In this document: positions 1-8,886 of the stretch, one piece after another
How positions within the stretch are numbered: position 1 is the first letter of the stretch
How the letters are laid out: each line of letters opens with the position of its first letter
Origin: Gynuella sp.
GTDB lineage: Bacteria; Pseudomonadota; Gammaproteobacteria; Pseudomonadales; Natronospirillaceae
Length of the DNA: 32,000 nt
Direction: 5' to 3'
NCBI GenBank assembly: GCA_028282465.1
Contig: JANQHX010000021.1
Coordinates: 2,437-34,436, forward strand
Translations under genes and position numbers: made by a program
The notes under the pieces: model-generated
Databases searched by the model: none
The model's input: the letters and a program-made list of their open reading frames with translations, nothing else
Told to the model about the DNA's origin: nothing

Positions 1-12
1 AGTTAGTAGACA

Positions 13-447
13 TTATTGTTGTGGCCTCAAATCATGTCTTTTAAGAGGGTAACCTCTATCATTATAGAATTTGTAGTGTTGTCTTCCAGATTCCAGTAAT
101 GCTTCCTCTTGGCAAACCACTTCTAGTACCCGTTCAAAGCGACTGAAATAATCTGGTATTGAAAGCCCTAAGTTAATTAGTACGTCATCATGGTCACCAG
201 AATCTTCCTTCCACGAAATATGAATTTCGCTCAGGTTGTCTTCTTCATTCATGATTTGATGAGGTAAAAAACTCTCTGGCTTGAAATCCCATAAGCGTTT
301 ATCCAATAGCCTAGCTTCGGCTTCGTCATGAGCCTTAATGAGAATCCGGTGTCCCCTGTGTGCCACCTTTTCTACCAAACGGCAAACGTATCGAATACGC
401 TCATCTAGGTTGTTTGTTGGTAGGATGTGGAAATCAACTTGGGTCAT
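13..447 (-). CDS. holC: DNA polymerase III subunit chi
   Basis: 144-aa ORF. The N-terminus MTQVDFHILP, the length and the overall residue pattern match my memory of the HolC/chi family. No search was run. Confidence 0.8.
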   Translation of the reverse strand: MTQVDFHILPTNNLDERIRYVCRLVEKVAHRGHRILIKAHDEAEARLLDKRLWDFKPESFLPHQIMNEEDNLSEIHISWKEDSGDHDDVLINLGLSIPDYFSRFERVLEVVCQEEALLESGRQHYKFYNDRGYPLKRHDLRPQQ

Positions 448-780
448 GAATCTAATTTGCCTTTTAAATTTGAGTAAATTGTAACCTTAATCCCTAAGAT
501 TTTTCGAGACAGAAAGCTAATTCTGTCATTGCCTTCACCGGAATATTCTCGACCTAATATTCATAGGTTTAATGAAACTTGATCTAGGCCTTATGTAGTC
601 GTCAATTCTGTGCAAATAGCGATACATTCGCCTTGAAATCAATGGGTTAGCTTTATATAAACCTTGGGCTGGATACTGGGGTCGGAATCCAACAAGAATA
701 TATCAGATACCCAGAAAACCTTGTCTTTTCGCCCCCGTCACAATTTCTATCTGAAATAAAATCTATGGAGTAATCAAACC

Positions 781-1716
781 ATGATTTCTATCAGGAATCT
801 CCAACGAAAGTTTGGACACTTCGTTGCGGTAGACGACCTGTCTCTGGAAGTTCAACCCGGAGAAGTGTTGGGCTTTTTAGGGCCCAATGGCGCAGGTAAA
901 TCAACCACCATGAAAATGATCACAGGATTCTTAGCCCCGACCCAGGGTGAGATCGAAATCTGTGGTCATAATATAGCCACCCAGGCTCAAGCTGCACAAT
1001 CTAAAATTGGGTATTTGCCAGAAGGTGCACCCAGTTATGGTGATATGACCGTCTATGACTTCCTGATGTTTATAGCCGAAGTGCGCGGCTTCAATAAGGC
1101 AGAACGCAAAGCCAGAGTGGCTGAAGTAATTGAAAAAGTGTCTCTAAAAACTGTGGTCAGCCAGCAGATTGAAACCCTATCTAAAGGCTATAAGAGAAGA
1201 GTGGGGCTAGCCCAGGCGATTATCCATGATCCTCAGGTGCTTATTTTGGATGAACCCACTGACGGTCTAGATCCTAATCAGAAAGCGCAAGTACGCAATT
1301 TAATTCAAAATCTTTCAAAAGAAAAAATCGTCATTGTTTCAACCCACATTTTGGAAGAGGTGACTGCTGTTTGTACCAGGGCCGTTATTATCGCCAGGGG
1401 AAAACTGTTATTTGATGACAAGCCAGAAAAACTATTAGCGCAATCGAAATACCATAATGCTGTGTCACTCACCCTGGAAGAAGGGACAGATACCACAAGC
1501 TTTGAAAGTATTGATGGTTTAGCTGCCATTGAGCAGAACGGTAGTACCATTACACTTTTGCCAGAGAGCGGAGAGTTTTTATATCCCAAGGTCTCAAAAT
1601 TACTCACTGAGCAAAACATTGAACCTATTAATTTGAGTGTGGAATCTGGTCGTCTGGACGAGGTGTTTCGCACCATCACGTTACCTACCGAACAAGCAGC
1701 GGAGGCAGCGCAATGA
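781..1716 (+). CDS. ABC transporter ATP-binding protein (ABC-2/GldA-like subfamily)
   Basis: Walker A GPNGAGKST, ABC signature LSKGYKRR, Walker B LILDEPTDGLD and H-loop STH are present. A 4-nt ATGA overlap with the downstream permease gene indicates an operon. Confidence 0.9.
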   Translation: MISIRNLQRKFGHFVAVDDLSLEVQPGEVLGFLGPNGAGKSTTMKMITGFLAPTQGEIEICGHNIATQAQAAQSKIGYLPEGAPSYGDMTVYDFLMFIAEVRGFNKAERKARVAEVIEKVSLKTVVSQQIETLSKGYKRRVGLAQAIIHDPQVLILDEPTDGLDPNQKAQVRNLIQNLSKEKIVIVSTHILEEVTAVCTRAVIIARGKLLFDDKPEKLLAQSKYHNAVSLTLEEGTDTTSFESIDGLAAIEQNGSTITLLPESGEFLYPKVSKLLTEQNIEPINLSVESGRLDEVFRTITLPTEQAAEAAQ

Positions 1717-2447
1717 ATCATTTAATCACCATATTCAAACGTGAACTTGGCGGCTACTTCAATACGCCAGTGGCCTATGTATTCTTAGTTATTTTTCTGG
1801 CACTCAGTGGCGCATTCAGCTTTTACATCGGTAATCTTTTTGAAAGAGGTCAAGCCGATTTGGTGCCCTTCTTTAATTACCATCCCTGGTTATACCTGGT
1901 TCTAATTCCAGCCATTGCAATGCGTTTGTGGGCTGAAGAAAGAAAGTCGGGCACTATTGAATTAATTATGACCTTACCTGTTCCTCAATGGGCATGGGTG
2001 ATTGGTAAATTCGGTGCAGCCTGGATTTTCTCAGGCATTGCTCTGGTAATGACTTTCCCAATTTGGGCAACAGTTGCCTACCTTGGAACCCCTGATCACG
2101 GGGTGATTTTGGCAAGCTACCTGGGCAGTTGGTTAATGGCTGGAGGGTTTTTAGCCATCGGCTCCTGTATGTCAGCCATGACAAAAAACCAAGTGGTGGC
2201 ATTTATATTAACCGTCGTTATTTGTTTCTTGTTTGTGTTTGCCAGTTTCAATATGGTTCAAGCAGCAGTACAAGACTGGGCGCCCCAATGGTTAATCGAC
2301 ACGGTGGCTGAAATGAGTGTACTCACGCATTTTGACTCAGTAAAACGAGGCGTTATTTCAGTTCGCGATTTCTTCTATTTCATCTCATTAATAGTGGTTT
2401 GGTTATTCGCCACATTAATGGTTCTTGAACTGAAAAAAGCAGACTAA
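1713..2447 (+). CDS. ABC-2 type transporter permease (GldF-like)
   Basis: 244-aa protein with multiple hydrophobic spans. It overlaps the stop of the ATPase gene. Its position and size are typical of ABC-2 permeases. Confidence 0.8.
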   Translation: MNHLITIFKRELGGYFNTPVAYVFLVIFLALSGAFSFYIGNLFERGQADLVPFFNYHPWLYLVLIPAIAMRLWAEERKSGTIELIMTLPVPQWAWVIGKFGAAWIFSGIALVMTFPIWATVAYLGTPDHGVILASYLGSWLMAGGFLAIGSCMSAMTKNQVVAFILTVVICFLFVFASFNMVQAAVQDWAPQWLIDTVAEMSVLTHFDSVKRGVISVRDFFYFISLIVVWLFATLMVLELKKAD

Positions 2448-2462
2448 TCGGAGGCCGCACAC

Positions 2463-4268
2463 ATGAAAAAATTATATACCCCTGCAGCCTTTGTTTTATT
2501 AGCTGTAGCTTTTATTTTATTTAACCTGCTGAACAACACGTTCTTTAAAAATGCTCGTGTGGATTTTACCGAGGGCTCCATTTATACGCTTTCTGAAGGC
2601 ACTAAGAATCTGTTGAGCAACTTAGACGAACCTATCAATTTGTATTTCTTTTTCTCGAATACGGCTACCAGAGAAATTCCTCAAATTCGTAGTTATGCCT
2701 CTAGGGTGCAGTCTCTATTAGAAGAATATGAGTTGCGCAGTAACGGCAAAATTAAATTGCAAATCATCGACCCAGAACCTTTCTCGGAAGCGGAAGATCA
2801 AGCCGATGCCTATGGCTTGCAGGGCGTAAGAATGAGTAATTTTGGTGACACCGTCTATTTTGGATTGGCAGGCACTAACACTCTGGATGATCAAGGTGTG
2901 TTGCCTTTCTTCCAGGCCCAAAAAGAAATTCATTTAGAGTATGACATCAGCCAATTAATTTATAAGTTGGCCAACCCAGAGCCTGCAAAAATTGCGATCT
3001 ATACTGGCCTACCTATTTCAGGCGAACGTGATTTTCGTAGCCAGCAAACGGAAGCGCCTTGGCAAACCTATATCCAACTGACAAACAACTACGATACAAC
3101 TATTTTGTCGCCAGATTTTTCAGATTTTGACCCTGAAAGTGATTTGTTGTTAATGATTCAACCGCCAAAAATAAGGCCTGATATCGCTTTCGCCATTGAC
3201 CAATACGTGATGCAAGGTGGACATGTATTGGTGTTTGTTGATCCAGTTGTACAAGGGGGATCGATGGGCGGTGATTTCCGCAACCTTGAAATGTTAGAAC
3301 TCATGGCGCACTGGGGCATTCAATTTGATTCCGGTAGCTTGATTGCAGACGCTAACCAAGCGTTAAGAGTGGGTTCTGCTCAAGGCGGTTCTGTTCGCCA
3401 CCTTGCAGTACTAAGTGTATTGAGCGATCAAATTGATCAAGAAGACGTTGCGACATCTAACCTAGAAACCATTAATGTCGCCATGGCGGGTTATGTAAAA
3501 CCTACTGAAGAAGCATCCACGACTTTCACATCCATTATCACCACCACTGAATTGTCTGGTTTGTTGCCAGCCGCCATGATGCAGTTTATTCAAGGCCCCC
3601 AAGAGTTAGCCGCTCAATTTCAACCAGACCCCGATAAATACACCATAGGTGCACGGGTGAGCGGGCCTTTAAAAACCATGTTCCCTGACCGTGAAGAAGC
3701 TATTCAAGAAACAGATAACGTTAACATCGTGGTGTTTTCTGATGTAGACATGCTACAAGACTGGTTATGGATTCGTACTCAGCAAATTGCAGGGCAAACC
3801 ATCGCTCAGCCTTGGTCAGATAACGGCTCATTGTTTATTAATACTGTAGACAATCTTATTGGCAGTTCAGATCTGATTTCACTGCGTAGCCGTGGTCAGT
3901 TTGAGCGACCCTTTGAAGTTGTGAACAAGCTTCGAGCTTCTGCGGAAGACCAATACCGGGCCAGTGAGCAATCCTTAATGCAGCAACTTCAAGAAGCGGA
4001 ACAGCGCCTTCAAGCACTGGAGTCACAAAAAACCGAAGGCTCTGAGTTAGTGCTTACCGACGAGCAACGTCAGGCAATTTTAGACTTCCAAGAGCAGCGA
4101 ATCGAAATTCGTAAAGAGTTAAGAGATGTGCGCCACCAATTGGATAAAGACATCGAATCCTTAGGAACCCGTATTAAATTACTCAATATAGCCGTGTTCC
4201 CAGTGATTCTGACCCTACTTGTATTCGCGGCAATTTGGCTGCGTAGAAAAACCAGAGTTTCAGTATAA
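2463..4268 (+). CDS. GldG-like ABC transporter auxiliary protein
   Basis: 601 aa with an N-terminal TM anchor, a large extracytoplasmic body, a C-terminal coiled-coil region (QQLQEAEQRLQALE) and a terminal TM. The N-terminal motif VDFTEGSIYTLSEGT is characteristic of GldG-family proteins that follow ABC-2 pairs. Confidence 0.7.
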   Translation: MKKLYTPAAFVLLAVAFILFNLLNNTFFKNARVDFTEGSIYTLSEGTKNLLSNLDEPINLYFFFSNTATREIPQIRSYASRVQSLLEEYELRSNGKIKLQIIDPEPFSEAEDQADAYGLQGVRMSNFGDTVYFGLAGTNTLDDQGVLPFFQAQKEIHLEYDISQLIYKLANPEPAKIAIYTGLPISGERDFRSQQTEAPWQTYIQLTNNYDTTILSPDFSDFDPESDLLLMIQPPKIRPDIAFAIDQYVMQGGHVLVFVDPVVQGGSMGGDFRNLEMLELMAHWGIQFDSGSLIADANQALRVGSAQGGSVRHLAVLSVLSDQIDQEDVATSNLETINVAMAGYVKPTEEASTTFTSIITTTELSGLLPAAMMQFIQGPQELAAQFQPDPDKYTIGARVSGPLKTMFPDREEAIQETDNVNIVVFSDVDMLQDWLWIRTQQIAGQTIAQPWSDNGSLFINTVDNLIGSSDLISLRSRGQFERPFEVVNKLRASAEDQYRASEQSLMQQLQEAEQRLQALESQKTEGSELVLTDEQRQAILDFQEQRIEIRKELRDVRHQLDKDIESLGTRIKLLNIAVFPVILTLLVFAAIWLRRKTRVSV

Positions 4269-4278
4269 GGAGGTAACC

Positions 4279-5337
4279 GTGAATTCAAAAAATGTTTATC
4301 TGCTAGCTGGCATTGTGGTGGTTTTTGCCATTATTGCTGTCGTCGTAAGTAACATGAATCGAGGAAAAATTGATTCAGAAATCGACAAAGCTGGTGTGTT
4401 AATGCCTGAGTTAACCGCTCAGGTGTCGAAACTAAATAGAATCATATTCACTGAAAAAATTGATGGCGAATTGGTGACTAACACCCTGGTAAAAGAAGAC
4501 GATCAATGGCTGGTCACCACAGCCTTTAATTACCCTGCCAGAGTTCAAATGTTAACTGAATTGATGAACACATTGGCGTTAGCAAAAACAGTGGAACCCA
4601 AAACCGCTAAGCCAGAGTTTTATTATCGACTAGAGGTTAATGAACCCGAAACCACAGAAGAAGATATATCTGGTACTCGCGTTCAAATGTTTGCGGATGA
4701 AGAGCTAGCCTTCGATTTGATTATTGGTAAAACCGTTCTTAACGGTAATGGCCAATATGTTCGCTTCACTCAAGAACCTCAAAGCTGGTTGATGGATCAA
4801 GAAATTAATATTTCAGCGGAAGCACTGGCTCTGCTCAATCGAGTCATAGGTAAAGTCAGATCTGTGGATGTGCAACGCATTGACATTAAGGCTGACGGAA
4901 CACCTATTGTTATAACGAGAAATGACGTCTCGGAAAGCTTCCAGGTTCAAGAGCTTGGCGAGGGGGTTGTTGAATTTCCCTCATTGTTGACTTCAGCCGC
5001 TAATGCACTCAATGATAAACAATACGATCAGGTCATGCCGGTGTCAGACGTTGAACTGCCCGAGTCGTTTTCTACAGTTAACTATCTATTGTTTTCCGGT
5101 GCGAATATTCAGGTGACTGGTTATAAAACTGAAGATGACAAACGTTTGATCACAATATCCGTCACCAACACCAAGCAACCCAGTGATGATGGTTTTGATG
5201 TAACTGCTGGTGAAGTTGCTCGACTAAATGCTCAATGGCAACCTTGGGTGTATGAAGTGAGCAGAACGGTTTTTGAAGAATTCGAAAAAAATCGGGATGA
5301 TTTTGTTAAAGAGCCAGAGACGGCAGAGACTGAATAG
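4279..5337 (+). CDS. DUF4340-like membrane-anchored protein (fourth gene of the ABC/GldG operon)
   Basis: The ORF track starts at 4219, but that start overlaps the GldG-like gene. GTG at 4279 is in frame and lies 5 nt downstream of AAGGAGG (4267-4273). It gives an N-terminal anchor VNSKNVYLLAGIVVVFAIIAVVV. The family call rests on conserved position after GldG-like genes and is tentative. Confidence 0.55.
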   Translation: MNSKNVYLLAGIVVVFAIIAVVVSNMNRGKIDSEIDKAGVLMPELTAQVSKLNRIIFTEKIDGELVTNTLVKEDDQWLVTTAFNYPARVQMLTELMNTLALAKTVEPKTAKPEFYYRLEVNEPETTEEDISGTRVQMFADEELAFDLIIGKTVLNGNGQYVRFTQEPQSWLMDQEINISAEALALLNRVIGKVRSVDVQRIDIKADGTPIVITRNDVSESFQVQELGEGVVEFPSLLTSAANALNDKQYDQVMPVSDVELPESFSTVNYLLFSGANIQVTGYKTEDDKRLITISVTNTKQPSDDGFDVTAGEVARLNAQWQPWVYEVSRTVFEEFEKNRDDFVKEPETAETE

Positions 5338-5360
5338 AACTTGGTCTTTAGCTTGAGAGA

Positions 5361-5387
5361 ACTCCCGCTTTTGCGGGAGTTTTTTTA
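5361..5387 (+). terminator. Rho-independent terminator of the ABC/GldG operon
   Basis: ACTCCCGC (5361-5368), loop TTTT, GCGGGAGT (5373-5380), followed by TTTTTTT (5381-5387). Confidence 0.8.
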
Positions 5388-5402
5388 TTCGGTTTCTAAT
5401 GA

Positions 5403-7433
5403 TTAATCCAAGTCTTCACAATCATCTATGCCTGCAATAAGGGTGGCAGGCAATGCTCCACGAATACCTTCAACGTCTTCACAATTCAAACCAGTACCAG
5501 AAGCTTTTAACAATTTCAGTTGAGTTAACGACTCAATAGGAGTCAGATCAGCTGAAACATTGGATGACTCTATATCCAATTCTTCCAGACGATTCAGACC
5601 AGTTAAATCATCTAGGTTATTAATAGTTAGATGATTGAGCTTTAAGACTTGCAGCTGACTGAATTGACGAATAAAACTCAAATCAGAAACTGGTGTAGAT
5701 AAAATATCCAAGTATTTAATATTGGTTAATGTTTCCATTACAGAAGCGTCAACAAAGTCATAGCTCACATTCCAAATACTTAAAGATTCCAATTGCGAAA
5801 GACCCCTTAGTGGCTCTGGGCTTTCTATGCCGATAAATTCCAAATTCAGCGTTTGCAATTCAGCCATGTCTTTTAAACTTGAAGCATCTATTTTCCGTGA
5901 GTTAGAAAAACCATAAGCATTTGGTCTTAATGTTAAAGATCCTACTTGGTCCATATCTGCGAGAAAACCTAGACCTGTATAGGTACCAGTGTCATTCATG
6001 GCATAGGTTAATTCCAGGATATTTAAGCTGTCTAACTTTGGTAAGGCATTTTTAAGCCACTCTTCTTCATGAAACTCTATCACGAGTTTTTCTAAGTGAT
6101 CTTTCATGCCTTCAAGTGTTGAGGCGCTATTTTGGCTCAACTTAAAAGCATATAAGTCCAACAGAGTTAGGTTTTTTAGCCCCGACAGTGGCGAAATATC
6201 AAGTTCAGTGCTGCTAAAACCTCCATTTGTATAAACCAGCGAGATCAGTTCACTCATGTTAGCCAGATGGCTAAGATCCATCGGGGCTTCTAAATATTCT
6301 AAATCCAAAAATCTCATCTTGGTAAGCCCAGCTAAATTTACCAATGCTTGATCAGTGGTATTGCTTCCTAGCTTATTTAATTCAAGTGATTCCAATTCTG
6401 TTAGTGAACGCAGTGGAATTAGGGCGTCATCTAACAGCTCGTTTACTCCAAGGTTATTCTCGCTCAACGACAGTGACTCAAGCTGAGTCATGGAGGTTAA
6501 AGGAGTAATATCCTGAATTTGATTTCTTGATAACCATAAAGAACTTAGGTGAGTTAATCCGCCTATACCAGATAAATCATGAATTAAATTATCACTGGCT
6601 GATAGACTCGTCAGATTTGAGAATGCCAATAATGAATCAAGAGATTCAAATTGGTTTTGGGAAATATTAATTATCTGTAAAGATACTTGAGAGTCTTCAA
6701 GCTGGATTTCGGATATCTGGTTATTACTGATATCAAGCAATTTCAGGCTAGATAACCCAGGTAGGTTAACTGCAGGCCCTAATTCATTGCTATCTAGTTC
6801 AAGACTTTCCAATGCTGAAAGACCTGATAATCCTGTTACACCTTCAATATCGTTATCGCTGAGATACAGTGATGTTAGTTTAGAGTTACTTTCAAAAGAT
6901 GGCAGAGTTTCAATACGGTTGCTTTCAGCATAAAGGGTTTCTAGCTCTGGCTTATTTCTTAATGAGGCGATGCTTTTCAATTTGTTTTGCGCGAGATCAA
7001 CGATTGTAAGTTGTGAAAGATTCTCTAACGCATCGATAGACGTTACTGCATTGCCATATAGATGTAATTCTTTCAGCTGGGTCAGTTCAGCCAAAGGGGA
7101 TAAGTCTGTGACGGTATTAAGCGGGTCAACTTGATCTTCAAAAATATAGTTGAGATGGTTGTTCATCATAAGGTGTTCTAAATTCACAAATACTTCAATT
7201 CCTGAAATAGTTTTCACCCCTTTTTGTCGACAACGAATTTCGGTGACATCTTCAATGCTAGACCAGCCTTTCGATGCAGCGGTTGAAGAAATACACTGTT
7301 TAAACGCGTCATCTGGTATGTCTAGTTCTGAAATAAATTCAGGCGCTTGAGGAGTATTTGAATCATTTGACTCGTTGTTACAACCCATTAGGGTAACAAC
7401 TAATATCAGGGGAAGAATGGATCTAAATTTCAC
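5403..7433 (-). CDS. Leucine-rich-repeat (internalin-like) lipoprotein
   Basis: Signal peptide with lipobox LMGC (MKFRSILPLILVVTLMGCNN). Roughly 20-25 consecutive units of about 22 residues of type LxxLxxLxLxxNxIxDIxxL run through most of the 676 aa. Confidence 0.8.
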   Translation of the reverse strand: MKFRSILPLILVVTLMGCNNESNDSNTPQAPEFISELDIPDDAFKQCISSTAASKGWSSIEDVTEIRCRQKGVKTISGIEVFVNLEHLMMNNHLNYIFEDQVDPLNTVTDLSPLAELTQLKELHLYGNAVTSIDALENLSQLTIVDLAQNKLKSIASLRNKPELETLYAESNRIETLPSFESNSKLTSLYLSDNDIEGVTGLSGLSALESLELDSNELGPAVNLPGLSSLKLLDISNNQISEIQLEDSQVSLQIINISQNQFESLDSLLAFSNLTSLSASDNLIHDLSGIGGLTHLSSLWLSRNQIQDITPLTSMTQLESLSLSENNLGVNELLDDALIPLRSLTELESLELNKLGSNTTDQALVNLAGLTKMRFLDLEYLEAPMDLSHLANMSELISLVYTNGGFSSTELDISPLSGLKNLTLLDLYAFKLSQNSASTLEGMKDHLEKLVIEFHEEEWLKNALPKLDSLNILELTYAMNDTGTYTGLGFLADMDQVGSLTLRPNAYGFSNSRKIDASSLKDMAELQTLNLEFIGIESPEPLRGLSQLESLSIWNVSYDFVDASVMETLTNIKYLDILSTPVSDLSFIRQFSQLQVLKLNHLTINNLDDLTGLNRLEELDIESSNVSADLTPIESLTQLKLLKASGTGLNCEDVEGIRGALPATLIAGIDDCEDLD

Positions 7434-7722
7434 TGCTTGGTTCCTTTGTAACAGTTTCTAACGGCGACGGATATGTATTGATATGCGAAACACTGTATCA
7501 ACAGGTTCATTTAATTAAATCGATATAAAGTAACCCTTTTATGATGGTGATTATAGTGAAAAGGTTTAAATACTTAGCAGCAGTTTGAATTGTTTGCGGT
7601 TATTTTCGGTGTTGAGTTTTCGATCAAGATTCAAAAAATAAGGCAAGTGCCAAATGCGAACATTTAGCTGGGGCTGTTGTATAGGGAATTTGCGTGATTT
7701 TAGATCAATTGAGGTCTGATAA

Positions 7723-7782
7723 AACCATACCCGGTTGAGCTTAATTGACAGAGCAGGGCCTGGGTATGGTTCAGAGTTTTTT
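7723..7782 (+). terminator. Terminator-like hairpin in the LRR/mgsA intergenic region
   Basis: AACCATACCC (7723-7732) pairs with GGGTATGGTT (7762-7771). After CAGAG, the run TTTTTT follows. The 29-nt loop is long for an intrinsic terminator, and no plus-strand gene lies upstream. Confidence 0.3.
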
Positions 7783-7799
7783 AGATTAAATAGATAAAG

Positions 7800-8234
7800 C
7801 TAAACTGAACGAGTGGTATAGGAAGTAAAGTCTGGCTTAACCGGTGCATAGTCTCTGTCGTGTAACAACGAAGAGCGAATCATTAAATCGGCAGAAGCTC
7901 GGTTGCAAGCAACCGGAATATTCCACAGAGCAGCAATTCTCAACAAGGCTTTAATATCTGGGTCGTGAGGCATTGGCTCTAGGGGATCCCAGAAGAAAAT
8001 CAACATATCAATTTCACCTTCAGCGATTTTAGCACCAATTTGTTGGTCACCACCTAAAGGCCCGCTTAACAAACGAGTCACGGTTTTTCTCATGCCTTCT
8101 TCCAACAGTTTGCCTGTTGTGCCAGTGGCATAAATGTTTAACGGAGCCAATAAGTCATAATTGGCTTTGGCCCATTCTACTAGCTCTTTCTTTTTATGAT
8201 CATGTGCTACCAGCGCAACGCTTTTAGTCGCCAT
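7800..8234 (-). CDS. mgsA: Methylglyoxal synthase
   Basis: The 144-aa ORF carries the motifs VALVAHDHKK, YATGTTG, LSGPLGGDQQIGA, IFFWDPL..PHDPDIKALLR and WNIPVA. These align closely with my memory of E. coli MgsA. Confidence 0.9.
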   Translation of the reverse strand: MATKSVALVAHDHKKKELVEWAKANYDLLAPLNIYATGTTGKLLEEGMRKTVTRLLSGPLGGDQQIGAKIAEGEIDMLIFFWDPLEPMPHDPDIKALLRIAALWNIPVACNRASADLMIRSSLLHDRDYAPVKPDFTSYTTRSV

Positions 8235-8637
8235 GTTTTTCTTCCTCTTTATGGAGCAGGATGTGGTTGCCCTGCGCTTTGTAAAATCTCATTGTTAAGG
8301 GTAGGGTCGCAAAATAAGCTAGGGCTCCGGTAAAGTTAGCCAGCGCGTCCCACCAAGACAGCATTCTGTAAGCTGTCATACCTTGTAGTATTTCGATAAC
8401 AACCCCGTAACCCGCCACGATCAATAATTTCCACCACCAGCGTTGGCCTGGGTGGGGATAACTCCAGTCCACCAAACCAGCCAACACAAAATAGGCAATT
8501 AAGTGATTAACCTTATCGTTGCTGCCAGATGGATGATCAATGGGTGTCAACGAAAGCACTGCTATGGTTAAAAAAGCCAAGAGTGTAATGGCTTTAAAAC
8601 CTAAACCGCCGGGCTGTATTTGTTTTATCCAGTTCAA
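8224..8637 (-). CDS. VanZ-like family membrane protein
   Basis: 137 aa with four hydrophobic segments and the motif DKVNHLIAYFVL typical of VanZ-like proteins. It has an 11-nt overlap with mgsA. Confidence 0.6.
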   Translation of the reverse strand: MNWIKQIQPGGLGFKAITLLAFLTIAVLSLTPIDHPSGSNDKVNHLIAYFVLAGLVDWSYPHPGQRWWWKLLIVAGYGVVIEILQGMTAYRMLSWWDALANFTGALAYFATLPLTMRFYKAQGNHILLHKEEEKHGD

Positions 8638-8886
8638 ACGTTACACACTCTAAAAAATCATTAACTGCGGATACTAACAGATTTTCAGCAGAGCCGGTTC
8701 CGGGCCTGTTAATACTAATTGCCTCTTTGCTGTTGAGCTTACTAATCCCTCATTCGTCGTTCGTCGTTGCATCTTTTTATATAGCTCGTTACACCACACT
8801 CGCTACGCCTTGTTTGGCTCAAAAAATAGCCGACGGCAGCGTGAAACAATTCGTGCTAACAGGCCCTAGGCTGCTAACCTGAATTC

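Noticed and set aside
487-503. The motif TCCCTAAG(A)TTTTT shared between 487-503 and 20170-20186, which could be a repeated regulatory element.
   Set aside because: There are only two short copies with differing flanks, which is compatible with chance in A+T-rich intergenic DNA.
677-695. GGGGTCGGAATCCAAC, which resembles a tRNA T-arm.
   Set aside because: There is no matching acceptor, D or anticodon stem around it, and the T-loop consensus (GTTCRANYC) is not met.
1305-1721. 138-aa antisense ORF inside the ABC ATPase gene. Similar short antisense or alternative-frame ORFs occur inside other genes, for example 1966..2202, 2718..2933, 9954..10226, 14557..14739, 16396..16872, 18636..18959, 22735..23055, 24190..24465 and 27224..27621.
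   Set aside because: All are fully nested in longer ORFs that have strong family motifs. None has a motif or RBS of its own.
4219-4278. Upstream ATG start for the DUF4340-like gene, as given in the ORF track.
   Set aside because: It would overlap the GldG-like gene by 50 nt and add a non-hydrophobic 20-aa extension. GTG 4279 has a near-perfect RBS and starts directly at the membrane anchor.
8702-8866. Inverted repeat GGGCCTGTTAA / CTAACAGGCCC (10 of 11) flanking about 145 bp of the vanZ/cyclase intergenic region, plus a TCGTCGT tandem, which might suggest a MITE or structured RNA.
   Set aside because: The arms are short and imperfect. There are no target-site duplication, no second copy in the window and no terminator, so the support is insufficient.
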